Positions 22,848 through 35,451 of a stretch of DNA of 46,134 nucleotides are shown here, piece by piece. The notes under the pieces are model-generated. The model had not been told where the DNA came from, searched no databases, and saw only the letters and a list, made by a program, of their open reading frames with translations. This DNA comes from Octopus bimaculoides (taxonomy: Eukaryota). The stretch covers positions 172,218,645 through 172,264,778 of the forward strand of contig NC_068982.1 in NCBI RefSeq assembly GCF_001194135.2, read 5' to 3'. The position numbers and the translations under genes are program-made. Position 1 is the stretch's first letter. Each line of letters opens with the position of its first letter.

Positions 22848-23687
22848 ATAATTTGCACAAATTTTCTAAATTTGCATTAAACAAATTAAGTGGTGAGCCT
22901 GTTTAATTACGGGTGTGTAATCTATGCACCTGGGTAGATGAGGCGAGCATCTGGGCTTGGGTAACGCCAGATACTAATTAGTTTTATCAAGCAAGTATAG
23001 CCAGTTGCTGTCTATATTTGCTTGATGAAGTAAAATAAAATAAGATAAAATAAATACAAGCAAGACGCAAGAAAAAGAGAGAAACAACATTAAAACTAAA
23101 AAAACAAAAACCCTTAAAAATCAGATGCAGTTGATAATGATATTGGTGGCATTACCTTTGGTGGCACCACCCTTGGTTTCTGGGCGTGGAAACGTGACAA
23201 CGGACGGAGGACAAGAACCGGAAGGAGGTGCTGACTTTGTGAACTTTTAATTAATAAAACTGTGGTTTGTAGTATTACAGATAGAAAATAGTGATAGCGG
23301 TGACGATGGTAAATGTTGGCGAAATAATTGATTGAGTTGGTAATATTGAGGGTGGATATGGAGTAGTAGTGGTAGTAGTAGTATTAGTGGTGGTGGTGGT
23401 GTGGCAATCAGATGAAGAGATATTGACCTTACTGTTGGTGATCATCGATCATTCGAGTCATCAGATATGTCCAAACCATCACCATCACAACTGTCATTAT
23501 AATCATCATGAGCAGCAACAGCAGCAGCCATAGTAGTAACAGTAACAACCATGTTCTTACAACAATAACAGCTATAACAAACATGTGAGTGAATATCTTT
23601 ATCAAACGCAGCAACAACGAGAACATGAACATCGCTCGTTATCAACCACGACAGCAAAAATAATTACAAATTTGCAAAACTACTGTT

Positions 23688-24292
23688 AATGGTTTCAAAT
23701 TTTGGCACAAAGGCAGCAAAATTAGCGGAGAAGTGAGTCGACTACATCGACCCCAGTGCTCAACTGGTACTTGGTCCATCGACCCCGAAAGGATGAAAAG
23801 CCAAGTCGACGTCGGCAGAATTTGAACAGAGAACGCTTGGTGGCATTTTGTCTGTGCGTAGTAATGAATCTGCCAGTTCACCGCGTTACCAAGGATACTA
23901 ATGTACCTTACTACTTAAAGGTAGGAGGCCCGAAATGTTAGGGGAAGGGAGTTAGTCTATTACATCGACCCCAGTACTCAACTGATACTTTTGTCATCGA
24001 CTCCGAAAGAATGAAAGACAAAGCCGACCTCGGCAGAATCTGAACTCAGAACGTAAAACGGATGAAATGCCGGTAAGCATTTTTCCCCGACGCCATAACG
24101 ATTCTGCCAGCTCGCTGCCTTGCCAATGTAGGCACAAGGCCTGAAATTTGGTAGGAAGGGACGAGTCGATTACCTCGACCCCAATGTTTCACTGGTATTT
24201 AATTTATCGACCCTGAAAGGATGAAAGGCAAAGTCGACCTCGGCAGAATTTGAACTCAGAACGTAGCGACGGGCGAAATACCGCTAAGCATA
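23688..24292 (-). mobile_element. Three head-to-tail SINE family B copies
   Basis: Core AAAGGATGAAA.G.CAAAGTCGAC.TCGGCAGAAT.TGAAC recurs at about 23790, 24010 and 24220. Confidence 0.88.
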
Positions 24293-24981
24293 CTAATAAT
24301 ACCATTACTATATTCTTGTACCAGACACCAATACAACTTGTACCAATGAATGAGGGAGCCTCTGCGTGAAAGGTTCGTTGGCACTGTTCTTCTTTTCTGG
24401 CATATTAACTATGAAAAGGTGGGACACTAATTACGAACTAATGAAAGGACCACTATAAAGAATCTCTTTACCAATGATGTGCAAACTGTGACTGGTAGAA
24501 CTTTATAAACAGTACGCCTAAAGAAAAATTACCCTGAATATTTTTAGTAGCGCAAGTCGCCTGATGATTACCTGTGTCTCATGCAGCCTGCTCTCTATAC
24601 ATACGCAGTTTGTATCAAATAGTGACTTACTTTCTGTGAAATCACACTTTTTCAAAACCAAAAAGTGTATATTGGACGTATGATTCGCCACTTGATGCTC
24701 TATGTCTAAAGGGAAGTTGAAATGTATTTGATCATATGTCTGTTCAAGAGTTTGGACCTGGTGTTAAACAGCAGCAACAATACCAAAAAGCAATGACGTT
24801 CCTTTGTATCCATGTATCCTATGACAGGAGATGTGATACTCCAAAGATTAAAATAACGATTTCTAATTTAAGAAGTTGTGTCAGGGTGGAGTACTGTAGA
24901 TAAACTAAAATTCAGCGAGATTTAAACTCAGAACACAAAGAGTCCTAAATCAATGACAATTCTGCCAACATACCACAAGCC

Positions 24982-25370
24982 TGGCTGTGAGGTTAAGAAA
25001 CTCCCTTGAGAACTACATGGTTTCGGGTTCAGTTCACTGCGCGGCACCTTGGAGCAAGTGTCTTCTACGAGAGCTTCAGGCCGACCAAAGACTTGTGAGT
25101 GAATTTGACTGACGGTATATACCTATATGTTGCATATAGGTATATACTTGGGCGTGTACCACTTTGTTTTTGTGTTTGTCCTTACACATACACACGCACA
25201 TACACCACTTGACAACCAGTGTTGTTTTGTTTACGTCCCTGTGACAGTGGTTCGGCAAAAGAGCCAATAGCATAAGTGCCAGACTTTAAAAAGTCGATTT
25301 GTTTGACTAAGACTATCAAAGCGATACCCCAGAATGGCCGTAGTTCAATAACTGAAACAAGTAAAAAATA
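24982..25370 (+). mobile_element. SINE family A
   Basis: CATGGTTTCGGGTTCAGTTCACTGCGCGGCACCTTGG...GACTGAAACAAGTAAAA, colinear with 44170-44632. Confidence 0.85.
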
Positions 25371-25394
25371 AAATCTACCACCCTTTAGAATATT

Positions 25395-26600
25395 GATTTC
25401 TTGTGTAGGTATAAGGCCTCAAATGTGATGAGAAAGCAACAGTCGATAATAGGGACTCCAGTGGTGCTTGGTTGGTACTTTAGATATGAAAGTTGACCTC
25501 AGCGGGCTTAGAACTCAGAACATAAAGAGCCTAATTAAGTACCGCTCTAACGAATCTGCCATCTCACCTACTTGAAGTGTTTCTAATTTAGATACGTGGA
25601 AAAGACGGCGAGCTGGCAGAATCGTTATTGCACCGAGCAAAATGCTTAGCGGCATTTCGTCCGTCCTTACGTTCTGGGTTCAAATTCCGCCGAGGTCGAC
25701 TTTGCCTTTCATCCTTTCGGGGTCGATAAAATAATTGACTAGCACCTGCCCCCAAAACATTTCAGACTTTGTGTCTATAGTAGAAAGGATTATTGTTATT
25801 ATTATTGAGGCGGTGAGCAGGAGGAAACGTTAGCACCTCAGGAAAAATGCTTAGGGGTATTTCGCCTGTCGCTACGTTCTGAGTTCAAATTCCGCCGAGG
25901 TCGACTTTGCTTTTCATCCTTTCGGGGTCGATAAAATAAGTGCTTGTTGAGTAGTAGGGTCGATTTAATCGCCTTACAGTCCTCCCTCAAAATTGCTGGC
26001 CTTGTGCTAAAATGTGAAACCAATTTAGATACATAGCAAAGGCAGCGAGCTTGTAATATGCTTAGCAGTATTTTGTCCGTTTTTATGTTCTGAGTTCAAG
26101 TTCCACCGAGGTTGGCATTGATTTTGCCTTTCATTCTTTCGGAACTGGATTAAAGTAGGTATCAGTTGAGCAGTGGCGTCGGCGTAATCGACTTGCCTAT
26201 TTCCTCGAAATTGCTGGGCTTGTACCAAAAGTTGAAACTGATTTAGGTACATGGTCAGCATTTTGAGTGGAAGAGACTATACGATTACATCAACCCAGTA
26301 TTTAACTGGTAGTCTTTCTTGTTGACCCTGTATGGATGAGAGACAAAGGTAATATCGGAACTCTGAACGTAAAGTGTTGGGAAAAAATACTGCAAAGCAT
26401 TTTCCAAACTCCCTAACGATTCTGCCAGCTCGTCGCCTTTACGAGTTCGAAATAATGGCTTCTAATTTAAACACAAGGTCAGCTATTTTGAGAACAAAAG
26501 TTTGGTCGATATTATCGACCACAAAAGAAAGAAAGGCTGAGTTGATCTTGGCAGGATTTGAACTCATAGTGTAAAGGAATATAACTAACAATGGCATGGA
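25395..26600. mobile_element. Cluster of SINE family B copies: degenerate (-) 25395-25570, three (+) 25603-26242, two (-) 26250-26600
   Basis: Core TTCAAATTCCGCCGAGGTCGACTTTGC.TTTCATCCTTTCGGGGTCGATAAAATAA at about 25680 and 25885; variant at 26095. Confidence 0.85.
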
Positions 26601-26817
26601 ATTTTAATCGACTTCTTTGTGGTCGCCCGAAGTGCTAGAAATACCAGGCACGTCTCGCCTCATATCATATACTTATATTTTAGGAGAAAACAAAAACGAT
26701 GAGCGTAGATTGGGTACAGTAGTTGTAGATGTTCTCTTTTGATAATTCTGAGGGATTGGCAGCGTCGAAATGTCTGACAGTCATAGGTCTGTTTTATCAG
26801 GAGTGGCCCAGGGCTAG

Positions 26818-26842
26818 ACAACAACAACAACAACAACTACTA

Positions 26843-26874
<32 letters not shown>

Positions 26875-27098
26875 ACTACTACTACAAGAAGCTGACTTGA
26901 AAACATAACACCTACATCATAGTATTTCTTTAAAAACAACAGCAACAGTCGCACTCATTATACTACACACTCCTAAAACAACAACGACAGCAACAACACT
27001 ACCAGTAACAACTACTATAGTAACTAGTTCTACTATTCACTAATAACTATGTAAACAACTGCTTACAACTCTGACAAGAAGAACACAGTAACAACAAT

Positions 27099-27155
<57 letters not shown>
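26818..27155. repeat. (ACA)n/(ACT)n/(GCT)n trinucleotide field
   Basis: Direct reading. Confidence 0.92.
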
Positions 27156-27500
27156 AGCATGTGTGAGATGGATGCGTGTTTCAACTTTGAAGCTTATCTT
27201 CATGGTGCACTGACTATAACATCCGGTTTCGTTAGGGTGCACACAAGTAGAACAGTAGAAAATCTGTGTTGCAGCTATTCTGTACAGCTGAAGGATGTTT
27301 ACCTTGGTGATAAATAGGATAGTGAGTTGGCCTTGTCTTTCCCTCAAACACCACACAAAACTCAACACCAACACCACCAACAATATGGCGAGCGAAGACA
27401 GGAGAGGTTGCTCCGCATAATCTATCAGCCTGCTAGAAGCAGCAGTTAAATTTCCTTGAAAAAATTATAGTTTGTCGTTTTATAAAAGGAAAAGCACATT

Positions 27501-27735
27501 TTAACCCTTTTGATACCAGCCTGCCACAGCCCACTTTTGGTTCTAAAATATAAACTTTCTAGGGCTTTTTTTTAAATGATCTACAATAAACCGACCATCG
27601 AAATTTCATATTAAGGTGTTTCAAACACCAGCCTAATAATGACAGAGTTATTTTACTAAATCCTTCATTATTTCCATAATTAATTTAAGGAAAGGTGGTG
27701 TACTTCAACAGAAATTTAGTAACTAGAGGAATCCT
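27501..27735. mobile_element. Second piggyBac-like MITE family, degenerate copy
   Basis: Begins TTAACCCTTTTGATACC; interior homologous to 21130-21360; right end degraded. Confidence 0.5.
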
Positions 27736-27740
27736 AGATT

Positions 27741-28016
27741 CTATGCTCCTACCCTCACCAATATAAAAACCATATGGTTGTGGCTAGAATATCTTTGTTC
27801 ATAAGCCAACATACACCAGTCTTCAACCAGGTCTGCCTCGCTTCCTACACACCTTTTCTGAAAGGTTCTTGCGGGTCTCTTCATGAACCTGTGCAGCACA
27901 TGGCCGAGCATCTTCTGCCGTTTCATGATAACGGTATCTCGTAACTTAAATAGGCCAGCCCTTTACATCACTTCTCTATTTGTGATGTAGTCGCGCCAAG
28001 AAATTCTAGCTAATTT
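27741..28016 (-). mobile_element. RTE-type LINE fragment (region C-terminal to RT)
   Basis: Minus frame ARISWRDYITNREVM*RAGLFKLRDTVIMKRQKMLGHVL..RPART, then a shifted RKRGRP. This matches the RTE motif (RISWRD.ITNEEVL.RAG....RQLRWLGHV...RKRGRP). Confidence 0.8.
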
Positions 28017-28579
28017 TTACATTATGCTACTTAAATAATTTAGGATATTTGTGCTCTGTGGAAAAATAATTCTGGAACAAGTGTATAAATTTCATTAATA
28101 ATATTGAATTTCATATTGAAGGTATTTAGAAGATCGAACCAGATTGCATAACAATTAAGGATCTTGTAGTTTGGGGCTTCGTTGACCAAAAGTGATGCAG
28201 TTTCGGGTGTAAACTTAATTTTGTTTCTTTACGTAACTGCACTACTTTCCAATGTTATGCGTCAGTCATTTGCAGCTCTATCGAATATCTCGTTATCCGA
28301 GCAGATAAGTGTTGTCACGAAAATAAGGTCTAACTTCCTAACCTTCACAAAGCTAACGAGCCACATTAAACATAAACATCCGAAAAGCCGGAAATCTGTA
28401 AACGACTATTTCTCACGGATGACAAATCGAAAGTCAATAAAACGACAAAACATACTGATAAACACCGACTAAGAGAGGTATTTGTTTCACCAGCCACCCC
28501 TGTCTGAAGAATTTTCAAGTAAAAGGATGTGAAATTATAAAAACTGCAACAAAATTAAATTTTAACTCTTTCTCCCTCT

Positions 28580-28595
28580 CTAAATATATATATAT

Positions 28596-28680
<85 letters not shown>
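28580..28680. repeat. (TA)n(TAGA)n(TG)n compound microsatellite
   Basis: Direct reading. Confidence 0.95.
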
Positions 28681-28682
<2 letters not shown>

Positions 28683-28872
28683 ACCAGCAGGAAACCATCT
28701 TCCTCCATAGCTACGGGTATGAGAGAACTAGAGTTCAGCGATGCAAACAACTGAATCATATGTAAATTTTTGCCTTGGTTATATTTACGAACCAGATTCA
28801 CGCGTGAGCGTCTATCGTCGGTTTAGCGTATGAATGTGTGTGTGCGGAGGGTGCAAGTGTAAGTGTGTGTTT

Positions 28873-28916
<44 letters not shown>

Positions 28917-29756
28917 AAGCATGTGTATGTGTGTGTGCTTTTGTCGTTACTCTTGTTATTCGTGTTGTTGCTGCTGTTGTTTATTTTGAGGCAATTTAAA
29001 TTGTATTTTTCGAAATTAAACTTGAGATCTTTTAGACTCTAGCTTTGGAGTCGAATAAATTCTTCGCTACATTTTGATTTTGACCTGAAATAAACTTTAA
29101 ATTTTGTTCAAGCATGAAATTAAATATTTTTCGTTAAGTTTAAAATACGTTGCTATATCTATTGTGCTTGAATATTTTTGTGGTTTTGGTGTTACAGCTG
29201 TTGTTCCTAATATTCGTGTTGTTGTTGCTGTTGTTGTTGTTGTTGTTCTTGGCGATGGTTGGTGGTGGTGGTGACCTCACTGATATCGTTGCTGATGTTA
29301 ATGCTGATGTTGCTTATAATCGTTTATATGGTTGAACATTAAAAGAGCCTAACAGAAATATAACATTATAACTATGATATTCAATTACGGTCAGTTCAGT
29401 TAGTGGTTTATTTATTTACATGTTTATTAATATTTTTTTTTCTTTTTTTTCTCCTTGTTTATCTTTGTTTTTGGTAGATGGGTTGTGTTTTTTAAATTAC
29501 CATTGTTAAACTACGTTAAACTATCGGAGGTTAATATATGTTTACATATATGAATGTTGATATATACATAAACATACATACATACATATATATATGTATG
29601 TATGAGAGAGAGAGAGAGAGAGACATATAGACATATTTATATATAAAGAATATATGTATATATGTATATATATATTAATAGGTTATATATGTATATCGGA
29701 TTAATGCGTATATACATACATATCTATACATACACGCACACACACACACACACAAA

Positions 29757-29792
<36 letters not shown>

Positions 29793-29795
29793 TGA

Positions 29796-29828
<33 letters not shown>

Positions 29829-31927
29829 TGTGTATAGATATGCATGTATATACGCAATAATACGATATGCATTTGTGGGTACTCACGTACATATAAGTTC
29901 TGTGTATGTATGTGTGCGTGCATTTATTTATACACTCATGCACACATGTACACGCCCACATACATACATGCATTCATACATTCATACATACATACACACA
30001 TATATATATATATATANNNNNNNNNNNNNNNNNNNNNNNNNNNNNNNNNNNNNNNNNNNNNNNNNNNNNNNNNNNNNNNNNNNNNNNNNNNNNNNNNNNN
30101 NNNNNNNNNNNNNNNNNNNNNNNNNNNNNNNNNNNNNNNNNNNNNNNNNNNNNNNNNNNNNNNNNNNNNNNNNNNNNNNNNNNNNNNNNNNNNNNNNNNN
30201 NNNNNNNNNNNNNNNNNNNNNNNNNNNNNNNNNNNNNNNNNNNNNNNNNNNNNNNNNNNNNNNNNNNNNNNNNNNNNNNNNNNNNNNNNNNNNNNNNNNN
30301 NNNNNNNNNNNNNNNNNNNTGTAGTTTACTTATTCAGTTAGAACAGACGCCCAGATCCAGATGTGTTTATATTTAAATCCGTTTCTGGGAATGCGTATAT
30401 TTATGTTTGTGTTCGTACGTCTGCCAGAGTGTTTGCAAGTGTGAAAAAATGCGTATGTGTATACATGACTTTTCTCTTTTTTCATTCTATACACACATAC
30501 ACGCGCACACACACACACACGCACATATATATGAACAGAACTTAAGTAGTCGGTTGCATGAGATATATATTGCATAGTGCACCGAAGTACACTACAATAT
30601 CTGATAAGAGGTAGTGACCGACCTTTTTCGTCCCAAGAACATGATTTACGTACATGTGAACTGATAATGTCATTCACAAAAAAATTTAAAACTAGATTTT
30701 AGAGCTAAACAATGTAAGGACATTTGAGTTACCTCCCGATTATCGAGGCCATATCGATTCGAACATCGTATATCTAGCTCTCTATCATAACACACAATGA
30801 TCAGTCTATGCAATAATGATATGATGCAATGTGTCTCTATTATATATATATATACTTGTTTGTCATTGGACTGTGGCCAAGCTGGGGTACCACCTTGAAG
30901 AGTTTTAGCCAAATGAATCGACCCCCAGTATTTACGATTGGATGCACCAATTACAATGCGAACTCCTCAGCCACGTAGTTATGCCTCCTGGCTTTGCTAT
31001 TCAATTTATTAGTCTCTTTTGTTGAATTGCTAGATTACGGGTACGTAAACAATCCAACACCGGTTGTCAAGGAATAAATACAGACAGAAGGATACACAAT
31101 CATGATATATATATAAATNNNNNNNNNNNNNNNNNNNNNNNNNNNNNNNNNNNNNNNNNNNNNNNNNNNNNNNNNNNNNNNNNNNNNNNNNNNNNNNNNN
31201 NNNNNNNNNNNNNNNNNNNNNNNNNNNNNNNNNNNNNNNNNNNNNNNNNNNNNNNNNNNNNNNNNNNNNNNNNNNNNNNNNNNNNNNNNNNNNNNNNNNN
31301 NNNNNNNNNNNNNNNNNNNNNNNNNNNNNNNNNNNNNNNNNNNNNNNNNNNNNNNNNNNNNNNNNNNNNNNNNNNNNNNNNNNNNNNNNNNNNNNNNNNN
31401 NNNNNNNNNNNNNNNNNNNNNNNNNNNNNNNNNNNNNNNNNNNNNNNNNNNNNNNNNNNNAATAAAGGAGTTACGACGCAAAAACGTATAAATTCAAAAG
31501 AACATATTTATCTTCTTCAATATATATTTCAGTATAAAGAATTCATTAAGATGCTTAAATCAAAATTTCTTTACACATCATTCAGGAACAGATATAACAT
31601 CAGAAAAATACATTCCGTTTAAAAACACAAACCGTTCATGGCGAAAAAATTTCACAATTACAAAAAAACGAACAAAATTTTTTGGTTTCGTAATTATCGA
31701 TTATTTGCCGTTGTTATAAAAAGAAAGTTGTAAGATAATAAACAAAAAAGAAAATGGGTTCTGTCGTGACTGTTCTTCAGCTCCAAGTCAGCTCTGATGT
31801 ATCAACTATAATGCGAACTTCTCACCCATATAGGTATGTCGCCTGGTTTTGCTATTTAATTGTCTGTGTTTGAAATCCTTATTATGAAGGTGTAGGAAAT
31901 TGGTTATAATAATCCTTATTATGAAGG

Positions 31928-32223
31928 TGTAGGAAATTGGTTATACCCCATTAGGTGTACACCCAATCTCCTATATTAAATTAGAAGTGAACGGAACGCA
32001 GAACTCCAAACTAATCAACACAACAATATTTATTTAAGGAGAGACAACTTTCTTCGACCACACTCAATGAGAGAGCTTGTTGAGACGTCTTGCTTGTTCG
32101 CAGTCTGGCGTGGAAAGAGATAGAATAGGAGCGGGAACGCTTGGATGTTGAAATCCACGCATGCGTGGTTAAAGATGCAGTAATGGCGACTATGCCTTTT
32201 TGGCGCCATATGACGTCACTACA
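31928..32223 (-). mobile_element. Solo LTR, 296 bp
   Basis: Termini TGTAG...CTACA (TG..CA with a 5-bp inverted repeat), flanked by AAGG on both sides (31924-27 and 32224-27). AATAAA on the minus strand at about 32030. No internal gag/pol. Confidence 0.75.
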
Positions 32224-32239
32224 AAGGCAATAGAAAAAG

Positions 32240-32570
32240 CAGCAGTGAGCTGACAGGATCGCTAGCACGCCAGGTAAAATGCTCAGCAGAATTTCACACG
32301 TCCTTGCGTTCTGTATTCAAATTCTGCCGAGGTCGACTTTTATCCTCTCGGGTTTCGTAAAACAAGTACCAGTTGAACACTGGTTTCGATGTAATCGACT
32401 AACCTCCTGCTCCAAAATTTCAGGTGTTGTGCCTATAGCAGAAAGGATTAAGGCAGTAGAAGGCGGTAGATGGCAAAATCGTTAGAGCATTGGTCAAAAT
32501 ATCTTTGTTTCAGCTCTTTATGTTTTGAGTTCAAATCATATCAACTTTGCTTATCATATTCTGGAGCCGA
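32240..32570 (+). mobile_element. SINE family B copy plus a degenerate second head
   Basis: CAAATTCTGCCGAGGTCGACTTT...GTACCAGTTGAACACTGG; second AAGGCGGTAGATGGCAAAATCGTTAG at about 32460. Confidence 0.75.
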
Positions 32571-32889
32571 TAAAAGTACTACTTTGGGAGATGGATGCAT
32601 CATCCCCTATTATTAGGGTGATAGATTGGCAGAGAAGTTAGGGTCTTAAATACTTTATCGTATTTTGTTACATTCCACTCTTCCGAGTTCCATTCCTTCT
32701 AGGGTTTAATTTTCCTTCCAATTTTGCAGGACTCACTTTGCTACTCATCTTTCCGGTAAACCACACTCACCAGTTAAGTATTTGGAATCGATTAATTTAA
32801 AAGTTCAAAATCTTCCTCAGCAGTTTACGACCTTGCACCTTTCTTAATCGATAGTATTAGCTTTCAGTTCAAATTTATTGACATTTTAG

Positions 32890-32940
32890 CTTGATTGTGT
32901 AAGAAGTTCGTTTCACGACAACGTGATTGTAACAGCTTGG
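32890..32940 (+). CDS. Candidate 51-nt exon, LDCVRSSFHDNVIVTAW
   Basis: Acceptor TTTATTGACATTTTAG|, strong donor TGG|GTGAGT, only one frame open, phase 0/0. It overlaps a competing minus-strand frame. Confidence 0.3.
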
Positions 32941-34085
32941 GTGAGTATCCTTGAGTTGAGCAAAGACTGATGAGTAGAATTTGAAAGATAGAAGCTATAT
33001 GGAAGCCCATCAATGGGACAGTTCCTGTTCTTGGGTGGTAAGATTAACGCGATACCCAGTTTAACACCACCAGGGGTTCTTGAATGACTTTAGAGGACGA
33101 TACTTCGTTGAAAGCATTCGAAACAAGGCCTTCTTCATACCTATCCGGTAAGCCCTGGACGAGTAGTGGGCGCTGTCCCTCCTCATCTGATTAAACTATG
33201 GCAAATACGTATCAGTAATGTACTAGCTTTAAGTCAATTGATTATACCCGCTTCCTATAAATATCAGGTCATGCGCCGAAATTAATAAAAATTACGATCA
33301 TTGCTGTTATTAATATTTTGCTTATTTGTTAATTAGTTCTTTACATTTTGAGTTCATATTCAAGGTAGAAGTCTCAACTTTGTCATTCAAGCTCAGCATA
33401 TAAGAGTAAATCAACAAAACCAAGGAGTACCAGTAATATATACGGGTTAACTCAATCGACCACAACCTATGCGCCCGGCCAAATAGTCTCTCCACTTTAT
33501 CAAACAAACATTCTGATTGTCCAGTTATTGTTGCTATTGTTGCTGTTGTGGTTGTTATTGTTATCATTATTGTTGTTCTGGTTGTTATCATTATTATTAT
33601 TGTTATTGTAGTTGTTGTCGCTAATTTTCTTCTAGACTATTTTTACTAATATTTTTTTTTTCATCTTTGCATCTCTTATTTTGTGTATCCTTCCTCTATT
33701 TTCTATCAAGTTTCTTTTAGATCAGAAAGTTCAGACACAATTTTAAATTGCTATATCGATATAATTAATGGCAACGTGGTTAACTTTCTTGTCATGTGCT
33801 CATGCGTGCATACATGTGTCTGTATGTACCTTTATGTGTATAAATATATATTTGCGTGCTTCTCTGTGTCTATGTGCATATGTGTCTATGTGCATATGTG
33901 TCTGTATGCGAGTATATGTATATAAGTGTGTCTAAGGCTAAGCATGTGTGCGTGTACGTCTGTGTACTGGGACGTATGCTTTTTTGCATATGTGTGTATT
34001 TAAAACGTGTATACATGCGTGTAGACGTTCACATTACAAGGCGTTTTTATATATCTACTCTTACTTGCGTGTATATGTCTATGTA

Positions 34086-35451
34086 CGAGGATGGTACCGA
34101 AAGTAATGCAAAACTGTATAATATTTTGTTAACTGACCTTCATCAATAGAATTGCACATTTTATCAGAGTGACTCTAAGGTGGCTAGCTGGTAGAACCGT
34201 TACTGCGCCGAACAAAATGCTTAGCGGCATTTCGTCCGTCTTTATGTTCTGAGTACAAATGCCACCGAGGTCGACTTTACTTTTCATTTTCCGGGGTCGA
34301 TAAAATAAGTACCAGTTGAGCACTGGAGTCGATGTAATCGATATGCATCCTTTCCTCGAAATTTTTGGACTTGTGTCTATAGTAGAAAGGATTATTAGAG
34401 TAACTCTCCCACTATTGTACATCTCCTTACTGTTCTTCATTGCAGGCGAATAACGGGGTCCTAGTTGAAACAGCGTGCTTTCATTCACTTCGTGACGTAG
34501 AAGAGGGTGCAGGCCACGAACAGTGAAACGTTGTTTACTGTGATGACACTGTGGTACCCAGATGGATGAAGAAGTTTTTAAAAAGCAAGACGAGGAAGTC
34601 AGCATTGCTAATAAATCACGCAATAGAAGACTACCGACTATAACCACGGATACAAAATGTTGGCAAATCGATTCGCGCTGACAGATAAATCACAACTTGT
34701 GAGCTTGCTGTATAAATAAGTGGTGACCACAATGAATTGCAGATCATAAAGAATGACATTGCCTTTTTCGAAAACGTGTGTAAACTGGGCACCATGACAG
34801 TTTATGCCCAATTTGAAGAAGAAAAGGGTAGAAGTCTTCGTTGATCTGCTAGAAGCGTTTAAAGCCAATGAAGATAGGTTGTTCTCTATCTGGTGACATG
34901 GGATAAAGTGTGGCTGTATCTATAAGATCCGAAAATGAACGTTCAGTCCATGGAATGGAGTTACATCTCTTCTCCAATGCCTAATAAGAAAAAAGTGAGA
35001 GCGGATGGCAAAGAAAATAATAGTGAGCGATTCGGTGGAGGGCAAGAGCGTCATTCTCCTTGGTTTTTTAAAACATGGTTGTACCTTGAACAGTGAGAGG
35101 TACACTGAAACATCTAAAAAGCTTGAAGAAGCCATTCAGAAGAGGTGACCGAATAAGAATCCGAAAATGATCCACATTCACCATGTAACGTTTGACCACA
35201 AATTAAGCAGTCGGTAAATTTGGCGGACCAGCAAGACAAACACAAGGTGAAAGTGGCGGTAAGAACTGAGTAAGAAAGGTGCACATCTGAAGTTTTCGAA
35301 GAGGATTCGTAAGGTGGATTCTACGATGGTGCAAATGCATCGTTTGTGAGAGAAACTATATTGGATAGTAACCTCGTGCAGTTTAAACACCCTATGTAAG
35401 TTAATGAAATAAAATTATGCCCACATTGCATTATTATTGGTAGAACCCTCG
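34086..35451 (+). mobile_element. Decayed mariner-family transposon with internal SINE insertion
   Basis: About 28-bp imperfect TIRs: TA-CGAGGATGGTACCGAAAGTAATGCAA left versus the reverse complement of TTGCATTATTATTGGTAGAACCCTCG right. Frameshifted transposase remnants: VVPR (WVPR motif, about 34552), LVTWDKVWLYL*DPKMNVQSMEW (IVTGDETW..YDPE.K.QSMEW, about 34890-34960), VILLGFLKHGCTLNSERYTET..KL..AIQKR (about 35050-35150). The catalytic C-terminal part is internally deleted. Confidence 0.85.
34177..34392 (+). mobile_element. SINE family B inserted in the mariner, 15-bp TSD
   Basis: TSD TATCAGAGTGACTCT (34162-76) / TATTAGAGTAACTCT (34393-407), 13/15 match. Confidence 0.88.

Noticed and set aside
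23400-23660. Gln/His/Asn-rich peptide-like frames
   Set aside because: Degenerate trinucleotide repeat with clustered in-frame stops.
28182-28472. 96-aa ORF with F-x5-L-x2-H-x4-H (FLTFTKLTSHIKHKH), like the end of a zinc finger
   Set aside because: There is no in-frame CxxC upstream and no linker or neighbouring fingers; insufficient for a C2H2 or BED call.
32965-32990. CTGATGA...GAAA (also CTGAAGA at about 1829 and 45969, CCGATGA at about 44908)
   Set aside because: No helix II can form directly between the core elements, so these are not hammerheads.
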